Shown: in pieces, positions 40,076 through 50,065 of the stretch
Numbering within the stretch: position 1 is the stretch's first letter
How the letters are laid out: each line of letters opens with the position of its first letter
NCBI GenBank assembly: GCA_965658995.1
Contig: CBFHVI010000004.1
Location: 7,836-71,835, forward strand
Direction of reading: 5' to 3'
DNA from: Flavobacteriales bacterium
GTDB taxonomy: Bacteria > Bacteroidota > Bacteroidia > Flavobacteriales_D > CAJJDF01
DNA length: 64,000 nt
Translations under genes and position numbers: made by a program
The notes under the pieces: model-generated
The model's input: the letters and a program-made list of their open reading frames with translations, nothing else
Told to the model about the DNA's origin: nothing
The model's database searches: none

Positions 40076-43042
40076 TCACTCCGCATACCTTGGATCTACT
40101 ACCCAATCCATTTTTTCCATGTGGTGAACTTCTAGGGTAAGGAAATCAAACTCTTCGGTTACCTTTCCGTAGAGTTTGTACACGCCTTTTCCTCTAAACA
40201 AAAACTTTTCTACTGTATTGGGGAAATGAACGGTGTCTATAAATTCGCCTTCATAATCCAGAAAGGTGCCAAATTGCATCCGTTTTTTAGTGACTGTTTT
40301 GGTGTTTTTTACCGTTACCAAATAACCATAAATCTCTATTTTTCGATTGATGTGGTATTTCATTTCGTTGGCGCACAATCCCTTTTCTATCTTTTCTTTC
40401 ATCAGCTCAAATGGGTTGCCAAGTGTAAATCCAAATAGCTCTAATTGATCAAAGGCTACTTCTTCTCGATCAAAATCCAACGAAGGAATTTCAAAGTGTT
40501 TTCCATGATTAAATTCAAAAAGCTTAGGCTGTTCTTTCACTACCAGTTCGGGCGAATAATTGAGTTTTAGTTTCCATAACAAACTCCTTTTGTTGGTATC
40601 AAACTCATTAAAACAACCGGCTCGCACAAGCAATTCGGCTTGAGAAACGCTTACAGCTGTACGCTCCATGAAATCGCTCAAACCTTTAAATTCTTTGTTT
40701 TGCCTGCTCACTAAAATTTCTCTGATTGTATTTTCTGAAAGCTCATGAATACTTGCAAATCCCAAATAGATATTTTTACCCTTCAATACGCTTTCGCCTC
40801 GGCTGTAATTAATGTGCGGAGGATTCACCGTACCGCCCAGCATTTTTATCTCGTGGAGGTAGCTTTCTTTTCGGTAAAAACCACCGCCATTATTAATCAC
40901 TGCCACCATATATTCAAGCGGAAAATAGGTTTTAAGAAACAAGCTTTGGTAGCTTTCTACCGCATAACTGGCTGAGTGCCCTTTGGCAAAAGCATAGCCT
41001 GCAAAACTTTCCGTTTGTCTCCAAATTTCAAAAGTTATTTCATCTTTGTAGCCTCTGGAACGGCAATTATCAATAAATTTTTGTTTCACCTGTTCAAATT
41101 CTCCTCTCGATCTGAATTTCCCGCTCATTCCTCTTCTTAGCACATCGGCCTCGCCCAATGATAACCCTGCAAAAAGGTGAGCCACTTTTATCACATCTTC
41201 TTGATACACCATTACTCCATAAGTTTCGGGCATAATTTTCAGCATGATGGGGTGTGCCTCTTTTTCTACTCGCTCGGGATAGCGATGGCGTAAAATATAC
41301 TCGCGCATCATTCCACTTTGCGACACACCAGGACGAATAATGGAGCTTGCTGCTACCAATCCCAAGTAAGTATCTACTCGCAATTTTTTCAGTAACATTC
41401 GCATGGCGGGCGATTCTACATAAAAACAACCTAGGCATTTTGCTTCGGCAATCAAGGCATTAATTTTTGGGTCTTTTTTAAAACTCTTTACATCGTGAAT
41501 GTCAAAATTGGCTCGTTCAGGCTGATTTTCTTTAATGATTTGCACGGCTTCTTTTATCTTGGCCAACCCTCTTTGCCCCAGGATATCAAATTTGTATAAG
41601 CCCACATCTTCGGCAATTACCATATCAAACTGTACTGTAGGAAATCCCTTGGGAGGTAGGTTAGTTGCCGAAAACGAATGAAGAGGCGAATTAGAAATTA
41701 AAATTCCGCCAGCGTGAATCCCCAAATGATTGGGAAATCCTTGGATTAATTTTCCATATTTCAGAACTAACAAAGCGAGTTCATCCAATCGATTTTCTAA
41801 GAACTTTCCGCTACTCAATTTGTCAATTTCCTCTTTGGGCAAGCCAAAAACTTTGCCTAGTTCGCGCACTGTCCCTTTATACTGAAAGCAATTGTAAGTA
41901 GCCAACAGTGACACGTGATAGAACCTTTCAAAAATATAACGCGTTACATCTTGTCGATCGCGCCAAGAAAAATCAATGTCGAAATCGGGCGGATTTTTTC
42001 GGTAAAGATTGATAAACCGTTCAAAATACAAATCCAATTCAATAGGATCTACATCGGTAATTCCTAGTAAATAAGCTACAATACTGTTGGCTCCACTTCC
42101 TCGCCCGATGTGAAAATATCCTTTTCGCTTGGCGTAGCTAATGATGTCCCAGTTTATCAAAAAATACGAAACGTAATCCTGTTTTATAATTAAATCGAGC
42201 TCTTTTTCTATTCGTTCAGTTATTTGAGTAGTTACCTCATTTCCATACCGATACGGCAATCCGTCAAACGTTAATTCACGCAACAATGCAATGTCTTCTT
42301 CGCGACTTTTGGTATACACACTTTGGTTTTGAGGCTTTCTATCCGCACTAAAATCAAAATGAATGTAACAGCTGTCCAAAATTTGCTGGGTATTTTGTAT
42401 TAAAAGCGGGAATTCCGAAAATACGTTTGTCAATTCCTCCATCGGTATCATTTTTTCTTCGGGATGGGCTTCTTCGGTTTTGGGTAATTTGCTTAGCAAC
42501 GTATTGTTGTCAATAGCTCGCAGCAATCTATGGGCGTTAAAATCTCGTTTATTACGGAAAGTAACCGTTTGCAAAACCACTAGTTTTTCTCGGTATTTCA
42601 GCAACCACGACATCCTGAGTTGAGGAATTTCGTGAGCCGCCACACCAATAAATTCATTGGGAAGAAGCGAGTCAATTTCAAGTTCACCAGCTATCCGAAA
42701 TGGATAAATCACAAAGGAATTTTCAAAGGCTTTGGCCCTTTTGGGAATGGTTTCTTTTTGATGTAAATAATAAGAAAGGTAATTGTTGAGCTCTAGCCAG
42801 CCTTGGTTGTTTTTAGCAATTCCCACAAAACAAGGTTCGTTCCCGTTTCTAAAATCAATTCCCACAACTGGTTTTACACCATATTCTGGCGCAAGCCTAA
42901 TGAAATTAAGACACCCAGAAGTATTGTTGATATCCGCCAAAACCAACGTATTTAATCCATACTCTTTCGCCATTTCCAGCAATGTTTTTTCTGAAAAAGT
43001 TCCGTAGCGCAAGCTGTAATATGTGTGGCAGTTGAGGTACAT
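40076..43042 (-). CDS. dnaE: DNA polymerase III alpha subunit, error-prone DnaE2-like paralog
   Basis: PHP N-terminus (HTYYSL), GRGSGANS, PPDFDIDF, KFDILG, FAKGHSA; 988 aa with no tau-binding tail; in cassette with dinB. Confidence 0.88.
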   Translation of the reverse strand: MYLNCHTYYSLRYGTFSEKTLLEMAKEYGLNTLVLADINNTSGCLNFIRLAPEYGVKPVVGIDFRNGNEPCFVGIAKNNQGWLELNNYLSYYLHQKETIPKRAKAFENSFVIYPFRIAGELEIDSLLPNEFIGVAAHEIPQLRMSWLLKYREKLVVLQTVTFRNKRDFNAHRLLRAIDNNTLLSKLPKTEEAHPEEKMIPMEELTNVFSEFPLLIQNTQQILDSCYIHFDFSADRKPQNQSVYTKSREEDIALLRELTFDGLPYRYGNEVTTQITERIEKELDLIIKQDYVSYFLINWDIISYAKRKGYFHIGRGSGANSIVAYLLGITDVDPIELDLYFERFINLYRKNPPDFDIDFSWRDRQDVTRYIFERFYHVSLLATYNCFQYKGTVRELGKVFGLPKEEIDKLSSGKFLENRLDELALLVLKYGKLIQGFPNHLGIHAGGILISNSPLHSFSATNLPPKGFPTVQFDMVIAEDVGLYKFDILGQRGLAKIKEAVQIIKENQPERANFDIHDVKSFKKDPKINALIAEAKCLGCFYVESPAMRMLLKKLRVDTYLGLVAASSIIRPGVSQSGMMREYILRHRYPERVEKEAHPIMLKIMPETYGVMVYQEDVIKVAHLFAGLSLGEADVLRRGMSGKFRSRGEFEQVKQKFIDNCRSRGYKDEITFEIWRQTESFAGYAFAKGHSASYAVESYQSLFLKTYFPLEYMVAVINNGGGFYRKESYLHEIKMLGGTVNPPHINYSRGESVLKGKNIYLGFASIHELSENTIREILVSRQNKEFKGLSDFMERTAVSVSQAELLVRAGCFNEFDTNKRSLLWKLKLNYSPELVVKEQPKLFEFNHGKHFEIPSLDFDREEVAFDQLELFGFTLGNPFELMKEKIEKGLCANEMKYHINRKIEIYGYLVTVKNTKTVTKKRMQFGTFLDYEGEFIDTVHFPNTVEKFLFRGKGVYKLYGKVTEEFDFLTLEVHHMEKMDWVVDPRYAE

Positions 43043-43304
43043 TGTTTACTCGGTTCTGATAGGGATTTTTAATAGTTAATGAAGTTGCCTTCTTCTTTTT
43101 GTCTTGAAACAAAAAAAGAAGCAAAAAAATTCAAGTTGTAAGTCAACTTTCTATCGTCGGCCTTCGATACTCTTCCTTCGGTCGAACTCAGGCTTCAGAT
43201 TGTTTTTTCATTTCTTTCCAAAGCATCCTTCTTCATAGCTCCTACATCTTAAGTCGACATGTCGTAAGTCATTTTTCTATTCTTTTACATCCATCCTTCG
43301 AGAC

Positions 43305-43491
43305 ATCCCGATTGAAAATCGGAACCCTCAGGATTCGGGATTGTTTGACGCGCTATTTTTTCATCTTTCTCTTTTTTTCTTCAGAACATCCTTCTTCATT
43401 GCTCTTACATCATAAATCCTAAAGTGATAGTGGTCGTAAGTCTTTTTATTCATAGCTCTATTTTCTTTCCTCTCTAAAACGAGCATCACAA
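43305..43491. repeat. direct repeat copy 1 (blocks shared with 44769-44879)
   Basis: 62-bp block 43305-43366 and 22-bp block 43470-43491. Confidence 0.85.
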
Positions 43492-43522
43492 GTCGTATGT
43501 CGTAAGTCATTTCCTAAAACCC

Positions 43523-44764
43523 CTACGATTTCCTATGCGCCAGCAACTCTGGTGGTTCGCCATTAAAAGGATTATGGAAGCGGCCAATGGTTTTTGCTTC
43601 CATTGCAGCCGCTCTCATAATGCTTCTTTCGCCATACCTAAGGCGAATTTTATCCATGGCTTTGTATAAATTAATTTGAGTCACCGAATCGTCAAATAAA
43701 TTAATTTGATAACTCCCCGATACCAATCCGCTGTATCGTATTCCTATCAGCCTCACCAACAGTCTCCTTCCGTAGAGTTGTTTAAAAATGTCGAGCACCT
43801 TGGGAATCAAAATATGATCGGCAGAAGTATAAGGGATTTTCACTTGTTTGGTATAGGTGTTAAAATCCGAATACCTAATTTTTACCGTAATTACTGAGGC
43901 AACTTTTCCTCCTCTTCTCAGCTGAAAAGCCAAGTTTTCTGCCATAGCAGAGAGAATACCTGTGAGTTTGTGGATATCAATTGTATCTCGGTCAAAAGTA
44001 CGTTCTGTTGAGATAGATTTTCGCTCGGTAAATGGAATGATAGGGGAATTATCTATTCCGTTTGCTTTTTTCCAGATGGTTTCACCGTTTTTTCCAAAAA
44101 CAGAACGCATCATATCGATCTCCATTTCTTGGATAGTTCCTATCTTTTTAACCCCAAGATTTCGCAATGACTGGTAAGTTTTATTTCCTACCATAGGTAT
44201 TTTTTTTACTGAAAGCGGAGCCAAAAAGGGTTTTTCATTTCCAGAGTCAATTCGTATTTGGTTGTTGGGTTTGGCCTCGCCTGTGGCTACTTTGCTCACT
44301 GTTTTATTGATAGATAAACCAAAAGAAATGGGCAATCCGGTCTCTTTGGTGATGAGCTGGCGCAATTCGCTGGCGTGTTGGTAGCACCCATAAAACTTAT
44401 CCATTCCCGATAGGTCTGCAAAAAACTCATCGATACTTGTTTTCTCCAGCACGGGAACTCTTTCCTTTACAATATCGGTAACCAACTTAGAGTACTTGGT
44501 GTAAGTAGCCGTGTTTCCTCGAATAATTGCCGCCTCTGGACAAAGAGCCTTTGCCATTCGCATAGGCATTCCGGAGTGTACGCCAAAACTTCTGGCTTCA
44601 TAACTACAAGAGGCCACAACACCGCGATCACTAGTGCCACCCAAAAGCACAGGAACATTATTGAGCCTGCTATCAAGGAGCCTCTCTACCGATACATAAA
44701 AAGTATCTAAATCCATATGTAATATTGAGCGTTTGTTCACTTTTATTTTGTTTAATTCTTTCAC
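43523..44764 (-). CDS. dinB: DNA polymerase IV (Y family)
   Basis: HMDLDTFYVSVE, SCSYEAR, SIDEFF; start may be GTG at 44740. Confidence 0.95.
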   Translation of the reverse strand: MKELNKIKVNKRSILHMDLDTFYVSVERLLDSRLNNVPVLLGGTSDRGVVASCSYEARSFGVHSGMPMRMAKALCPEAAIIRGNTATYTKYSKLVTDIVKERVPVLEKTSIDEFFADLSGMDKFYGCYQHASELRQLITKETGLPISFGLSINKTVSKVATGEAKPNNQIRIDSGNEKPFLAPLSVKKIPMVGNKTYQSLRNLGVKKIGTIQEMEIDMMRSVFGKNGETIWKKANGIDNSPIIPFTERKSISTERTFDRDTIDIHKLTGILSAMAENLAFQLRRGGKVASVITVKIRYSDFNTYTKQVKIPYTSADHILIPKVLDIFKQLYGRRLLVRLIGIRYSGLVSGSYQINLFDDSVTQINLYKAMDKIRLRYGERSIMRAAAMEAKTIGRFHNPFNGEPPELLAHRKS

Positions 44765-44768
44765 ACCT

Positions 44769-44879
44769 ATCCCGATTGAAAATCGAAACCCTCAGCATTC
44801 GGGATTGTTTGACGTGCTATTTTTCATCTCTCTATTTTCTTTTTTGTCTATTCTTTTCTCTCTAAAACGAGCATCACAA
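44769..44879. repeat. direct repeat copy 2 (dinB leader)
   Basis: 61-bp block 44769-44829 and 22-bp block 44858-44879. Confidence 0.85.
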
Positions 44880-44939
44880 ACCCTCCTAAATCACTATTTC
44901 AAAATAACGAATAATTATATCAAAAAGTTTAATTAAATT

Positions 44940-44956
44940 TGATACAAATTATATCA
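44940..44956. promoter_or_regulatory. candidate operator of the LexA-like repressor
   Basis: Palindrome TGATA-CAAATTA-TATCA ending 2 bp before the repressor ATG; second half-site AATTATATCA at 44913-44922. Confidence 0.6.
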
Positions 44957-44958
44957 TT

Positions 44959-45708
44959 ATGTCAGTACTAAGCGAAAATTTAAAATATTTGAGAGGTAAG
45001 AAAGGAAAGAGTCAGCAAGCGATTGCAGACGTATTATCTATTACACGAGGAGCTTATCAAAAATATGAAGAGGCAAGGTCTGAGCCCCCTCATAATACAC
45101 TGATTAAGCTTTCGAATTATTACACGATTACGATTGATATTTTGCTTCAAATAGATTTAAGAAAAACAAATCCAGAAGATTTACTGAAACTAAATAATCG
45201 GATGCTGTTTCCGGTAATGACTTCCAAAAAAGACAAACAACCGATAGAGTTAATCCCAAAATCGGCACAGGCTGGTTATGCATTGGGATATGGAGACCCA
45301 GAGTTTATTCAGTCGCTCAAAACAATTTCTTTGCCTTTTTTAGGAGCTGGCAAGTATAGGGCTTTTCCTATTTCGGGTGACAGCATGACTCCTAACGTAA
45401 AAGATGGCTCGTATGTAATAGGAGAGTATGTAGAGCACCTTACCCAAGTAAAAAACGGCAAAACGTATGTGGTGCTCACCAAGGATGACGGAATTGTGTA
45501 CAAAAGAGTCCACCAAGGAATCAAATCCATTGTGCTACATTCTGATAACAAGTTTTACGATCCTTATACAGTTTCGCTTCACGAAATTATTGAATTGTGG
45601 GAGTTTAGAGCGGCTATAAATGTGGAAGACTTAGAGCCTGACGAAGTAACCAACGAGCAATTACTGGAAACGATTATGAGTTTGAAGAAACAAAATGAAA
45701 GACAATAG
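44959..45708 (+). CDS. LexA/CI-like repressor (XRE HTH + S24 autopeptidase)
   Basis: HTH_3 N-terminus; AQAGY Ala-Gly cleavage site; GDSM Ser; VYKR Lys; divergent from dinB-dnaE. Confidence 0.9.
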   Translation: MSVLSENLKYLRGKKGKSQQAIADVLSITRGAYQKYEEARSEPPHNTLIKLSNYYTITIDILLQIDLRKTNPEDLLKLNNRMLFPVMTSKKDKQPIELIPKSAQAGYALGYGDPEFIQSLKTISLPFLGAGKYRAFPISGDSMTPNVKDGSYVIGEYVEHLTQVKNGKTYVVLTKDDGIVYKRVHQGIKSIVLHSDNKFYDPYTVSLHEIIELWEFRAAINVEDLEPDEVTNEQLLETIMSLKKQNERQ

Positions 45709-45722
45709 AAGGAGAACAACGG

Positions 45723-46853
45723 CTAACTCACCACCTTCACTTCTTGAGCCACTTCCCTAGCTTGCTCAATAGCTCTATCCAACTCAGAGTCTACCACCGT
45801 AATGTGCCCCATTTTTCGGAAGGGTTTGGTTTCGGTTTTTCCGTATAAGTGAACATAAACCCCTTCTTGAGCCATGACTTTTTCCATTCCTTGGTACACA
45901 GGAGTGCCTACATGATTTTTGTCGCCCAGCAAGTTTATCATCACCCCAGGGGTAGTGATTGCGGTACTTCCCAACGGAAAATTCATAACGGCTCGGTAGT
46001 GCTGCTCAAACTGCGAAGTGTAGTTGCACTCCATCGTGTGGTGTCCACTGTTGTGTGTTCTTGGCGCCATTTCATTTACCAATACAGAACCATCTTCCAG
46101 CACAAAAAATTCTACTGCCAAGACACCAACCATCCCGAGTTTTTGGATAATAGTGTGAGCAATTTCTTGAGCAGATTTTTCGGTTTCAGGACTTATTTTG
46201 GCAGGCGAAAACAAAAACTCTACTAGATTTGCCTCCGGATTAAACTCCTGCTCACAAGTAGGATAAGAGCGAATTTCGCCCGCTTCGTTTCGGGCTACAA
46301 TCACCGAAATTTCTTTCACAAAATCCACCTTTTTTTCTAGCAACGAAGGCACATCAAATGCCTCTTCCAAATCGGATGGCGAAGATAATATCTGAACCCC
46401 TTTGCCGTCATATCCTCCTTTTCGCATTTTTTGAACGATAGGAAAACTAGCTTTTTGGATCACTTCTTCTAGCGAATCGCACAAGACAAACTCAGAAGTC
46501 GGGATAGCGTTGTCTACATAGAATTGTTTCTGAATTCCTTTGTCTTTTATGAGTTCGATTACACGAGGCTGTGGAAATACTTTTACACCTTCTCTTTCGA
46601 GTTGATAGAGAGCCTCGGTATTTACATTTTCTATTTCGATAGTCAACACATCCAATCCCGACCCAAACTCAAACACCGCATCGTAGTCCTGGAAACTGCC
46701 TTGAGTAAAAGAATCACACAAATTAGCTGCCGGACAATGAAGGTTTGGGTCTAAAATAGCGATGGGTGTGCCGTAACTCATTGCGGATTGAATAAACATT
46801 CTGCCGAGTTGTCCTCCGCCCAAAATACCAAGTTTTGTAGTGTTGAATTCCAT
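45723..46853 (-). CDS. purK: N5-carboxyaminoimidazole ribonucleotide synthase
   Basis: GILGGGQLGRM, GGYDGKG, NEMAPRTHNSGH, RKMGH. Confidence 0.96.
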   Translation of the reverse strand: MEFNTTKLGILGGGQLGRMFIQSAMSYGTPIAILDPNLHCPAANLCDSFTQGSFQDYDAVFEFGSGLDVLTIEIENVNTEALYQLEREGVKVFPQPRVIELIKDKGIQKQFYVDNAIPTSEFVLCDSLEEVIQKASFPIVQKMRKGGYDGKGVQILSSPSDLEEAFDVPSLLEKKVDFVKEISVIVARNEAGEIRSYPTCEQEFNPEANLVEFLFSPAKISPETEKSAQEIAHTIIQKLGMVGVLAVEFFVLEDGSVLVNEMAPRTHNSGHHTMECNYTSQFEQHYRAVMNFPLGSTAITTPGVMINLLGDKNHVGTPVYQGMEKVMAQEGVYVHLYGKTETKPFRKMGHITVVDSELDRAIEQAREVAQEVKVVS

Positions 46854-46995
46854 GGTGTAAAAGTACGGAAAAAATAAAAATCCAAAACCAAAAATTTACT
46901 CTCTCTGTTCACCATAAATTCCTGTTGTCGAATCTTTCGTTTTTTTCTATCTTTGTGGCAGTCCCATAGGGAGAATTACTCATCAAAAACAACGA

Positions 46996-49425
46996 ATGGA
47001 AACAGCCAAATCGACCACCAATACCGAGGTAACTTTTGAAGATTTTAGACAAGAGGTAATTGCAGATTACCGACTTGCGCGCATTAGTAGAGAGCTTTCT
47101 TTGTTAGGAAGAAGAGAAGTATTGACCGGAAAAGCGAAGTTTGGGATTTTTGGTGATGGAAAAGAATTGCCTCAAATTGCATTAGCAAAACAGTTTGAAA
47201 ACGGGGATTTCCGTTCTGGATATTACAGGGATCAAACCCTGATGATGGCGATTGGACAAATGACTCCAACCAACTTTTTTGCTGGTTTGTACGCAGATAC
47301 CAATCAAGAGAACGAACCGTTTTCGGCAGGAAGACAAATGGGAGGGCATTTTTCTACTCAATCGCTCAATGCAGATGGAAGCTGGAAAAGACTGACCGAA
47401 CAAAAAAACTCTTCGGCAGATATTTCGCCCACAGCCGGACAAATGCCTCGACTGTTGGGATTGGCATTGGCTTCCAAAAAATTTCGTGAAAACGACAACC
47501 TCAATGAATTCACACAGTTTTCTATTAAAGGAAATGAAGTCGCTTTTGGGACGATTGGAGATGCCAGCACAAGCGAAGGATTGTTTTTTGAAACGATGAA
47601 TGCCGCAGGAGTACTTCAGGTACCGATGGTGATGAGTGTATGGGATGATGGGCACGGAATTTCGGTCCCAAAAAAATACCAAACAACCAAAGAAAGTATC
47701 TCAGAGCTACTGGCCGGATTTGAAGAAACGAAAGAAAAATCGGGATTCAAAATAATGAAAGTAAAAGGATGGGACTATCCTGGGCTCTGTAGAACTTACC
47801 AGGAAGCCGTAGCTTATGCTAGGGAACACCACACGCCAGTTTTGGTGCATGTGGAAGAAGTGACTCAGCCACAAGGTCACTCTACTTCGGGGTCGCATGA
47901 GCGATACAAATCCGAAGAGAGATTGAAATGGGAAACCGAATACGATGGGGTAAACCAATTCAAAACTTGGATTCTGGATTACAAAAAAGAATATAAGAAA
48001 GAAATAGCCTCGCAAGAGGAGCTAGACGCGATAGACAAAGAAGCCAAAAAAATTGCTAGAGATGCCAAAAAAGAGGCTTGGACCAATTTTTTAACTCCCT
48101 ATTTGCAAGAGCAAAAACTGGTGGTAGGACTTATCCAAAACATTGCAAAAAAAAGCAAAAGCAAAGTATTTGTAGAAAAAATAGCCAACGAGCTGGCAGC
48201 GATTACCGATCCAGGAAGAAAAGAAATAGTATCGGCAGCTAAAAAAACCATTCGACATACTCGCACCGAACACTTCGACCACAAACAACAGTTAAAAAAT
48301 TGGCTGGCACAAAGCGATGCCGAAAATGCCGACAGATACAACTCGTATTTATTGCCTACCAACGAAAAGAGCGCACTCAATATTCCTGCGGTAGCTCCTA
48401 CTTTTGACGGAGAAAACTTGGTGGACGGAAGACTCGTGCTGAAAGAAAACTTTGACGTGCAATTCAGTAAAAATCCACTGATATTTACCTTTGGAGAAGA
48501 CACCGGAAAAATAGGTGGTGTAAACCAAAGCATGGAAGGAATGCAAGAAAAATTTGGCAAAAGCCGTGTGTCCGACACCGGAATACGTGAAGCTACCATC
48601 ATTGGTCAAGGAATAGGAATGGCAATGAGAGGATTGCGACCAATTGCCGAAATCCAATACCTGGATTATTTGCTGTACGGAATTCAAATATTGAGCGATG
48701 ATTTGGCAACCTTGCACTACCGAACCAAAGGAACACAAAAAGCCCCGTTGATTGTAAGAACAAGAGGACACCGACTAGAAGGTGTGTGGCACTCAGGCTC
48801 GCCCATGGGAATGATTATCAATGCTTTGCGAGGAATGCACGTGTGTGTACCCAGAAACATGACCGTGGCCGCTGGGTTTTATAATACCTTACTCGAAAGT
48901 GACGACCCTGCTTTGGTGATAGAATGCCTCAATGGATACCGAACCAAAGAAAATATGCCAACCAACTTAGGGGAATTCAAAATTCCGCTGGGTGTGCCCG
49001 AAATTACTCGAGAAGGAAGCGATATTACCTTGGTTTCTTACGGTTCTACCTTTAATATTTGTACCGAAGTAGCCAAGCAATTGGCAGAAGTAGATATTTC
49101 TGTGGAGCTTGTGGATGTGCAAACTCTCTTGCCATTTGATGTGAATCACAAGATAGTGGAATCGATCAAAAAAACAAACCGAGTGATTTTTGTAGACGAA
49201 GATGTGCCAGGAGGAGCAACGGCCTACATGCTCGACAAAGTTATGGTAGAGCAAGAAGCGTATAAATATCTGGATTCTAAACCAGTTACCATAGCTTCCA
49301 AAGCGCATAGACCTGCTTACGGAAGTGACGGAGATTATTTTTCTAAACCTAACATGGAAACGATTTTCGAGGCAGTGTACGACATCATGCACGAAGCGAA
49401 TCCATCGAAATATGGTGAAATATAA
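46996..49425 (+). CDS. 2-oxoacid (branched-chain type) dehydrogenase E1, fused alpha/beta
   Basis: TPP-binding GDASTSEG..., GHSTS, DTGIREATI, AEIQYLDY transketolase-like C-terminal domains; TATCTTTG promoter at 46948. Confidence 0.9.
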   Translation: METAKSTTNTEVTFEDFRQEVIADYRLARISRELSLLGRREVLTGKAKFGIFGDGKELPQIALAKQFENGDFRSGYYRDQTLMMAIGQMTPTNFFAGLYADTNQENEPFSAGRQMGGHFSTQSLNADGSWKRLTEQKNSSADISPTAGQMPRLLGLALASKKFRENDNLNEFTQFSIKGNEVAFGTIGDASTSEGLFFETMNAAGVLQVPMVMSVWDDGHGISVPKKYQTTKESISELLAGFEETKEKSGFKIMKVKGWDYPGLCRTYQEAVAYAREHHTPVLVHVEEVTQPQGHSTSGSHERYKSEERLKWETEYDGVNQFKTWILDYKKEYKKEIASQEELDAIDKEAKKIARDAKKEAWTNFLTPYLQEQKLVVGLIQNIAKKSKSKVFVEKIANELAAITDPGRKEIVSAAKKTIRHTRTEHFDHKQQLKNWLAQSDAENADRYNSYLLPTNEKSALNIPAVAPTFDGENLVDGRLVLKENFDVQFSKNPLIFTFGEDTGKIGGVNQSMEGMQEKFGKSRVSDTGIREATIIGQGIGMAMRGLRPIAEIQYLDYLLYGIQILSDDLATLHYRTKGTQKAPLIVRTRGHRLEGVWHSGSPMGMIINALRGMHVCVPRNMTVAAGFYNTLLESDDPALVIECLNGYRTKENMPTNLGEFKIPLGVPEITREGSDITLVSYGSTFNICTEVAKQLAEVDISVELVDVQTLLPFDVNHKIVESIKKTNRVIFVDEDVPGGATAYMLDKVMVEQEAYKYLDSKPVTIASKAHRPAYGSDGDYFSKPNMETIFEAVYDIMHEANPSKYGEI

Positions 49426-49561
49426 CTGTAGCAGATTAGTTAGAATGAGAGAATATGTTCCGTTGAACAAGTCGTGTTTTTTGAGAAATAAATAACATTC
49501 TATTTTTTCAGAACTTGATCAATAAAAGTATACTTGCAACCTATCTATTTAACTAACTAAA

Positions 49562-50004
49562 ATGATTGACTATATTATTAACACAATAAAAGATCAAATC
49601 GGAGGTGATTTGATGGAAAAGTTTGGATTGGATGCGGGTCAAAAAGACAAGGCACTCGACATTACCAAGGAGACAATTTCTGACAATGTTTCAAAAGAAG
49701 CGATGGGAGGAAGAATGTCAGGAAGAATGAATTTATTTTCATCCAATCAAAACAACAGCGAAGGAAGTTCTGCTTAATGGCATAAAAGGAGCTTTAAGCT
49801 CCCAGTTTTTTTGAGAAATTAGGGGTTGGTTCTGATAAATCGGGTGGAATTACTTCTATGATTATGGATAAAGTTGTAGCTCTATTTGGCGACAAATTAG
49901 GTAGCAATTTTGAAATTGGAGATTTACTTGGTAAGCTCGGTGGAGCAAAGTCAGGAGGAATTGGGGGAATGCTTGGTAAACTCGGTGGACTCTTTGCAAA
50001 ATAA
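49562..50004 (+). pseudogene. frameshifted Gly-rich hypothetical protein (DUF937-like)
   Basis: 71-aa ORF stops at 49777, but another frame continues LNGIKGALSSQFFEKLG..LLGKLGG..GMLGKLGGLFAK* to 50004. Confidence 0.65.
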
Positions 50005-50025
50005 CTGATTAAGCAAATTTTTGCT

Positions 50026-50059
50026 AACGTCTCAGGGTTGATTCACTGAGATGTTTTTT
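50026..50059. terminator. intrinsic terminator between convergent genes
   Basis: AACGTCTCAG..CTGAGATGTT followed by a T run. Confidence 0.65.
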
Positions 50060-50065
50060 ATACTC

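Noticed and set aside
43130-43515. CRISPR array in the dinB-dnaE gap or the REP clusters
   Set aside because: Repeats vary in length, sequence and orientation, spacing is irregular, and there are no cas genes
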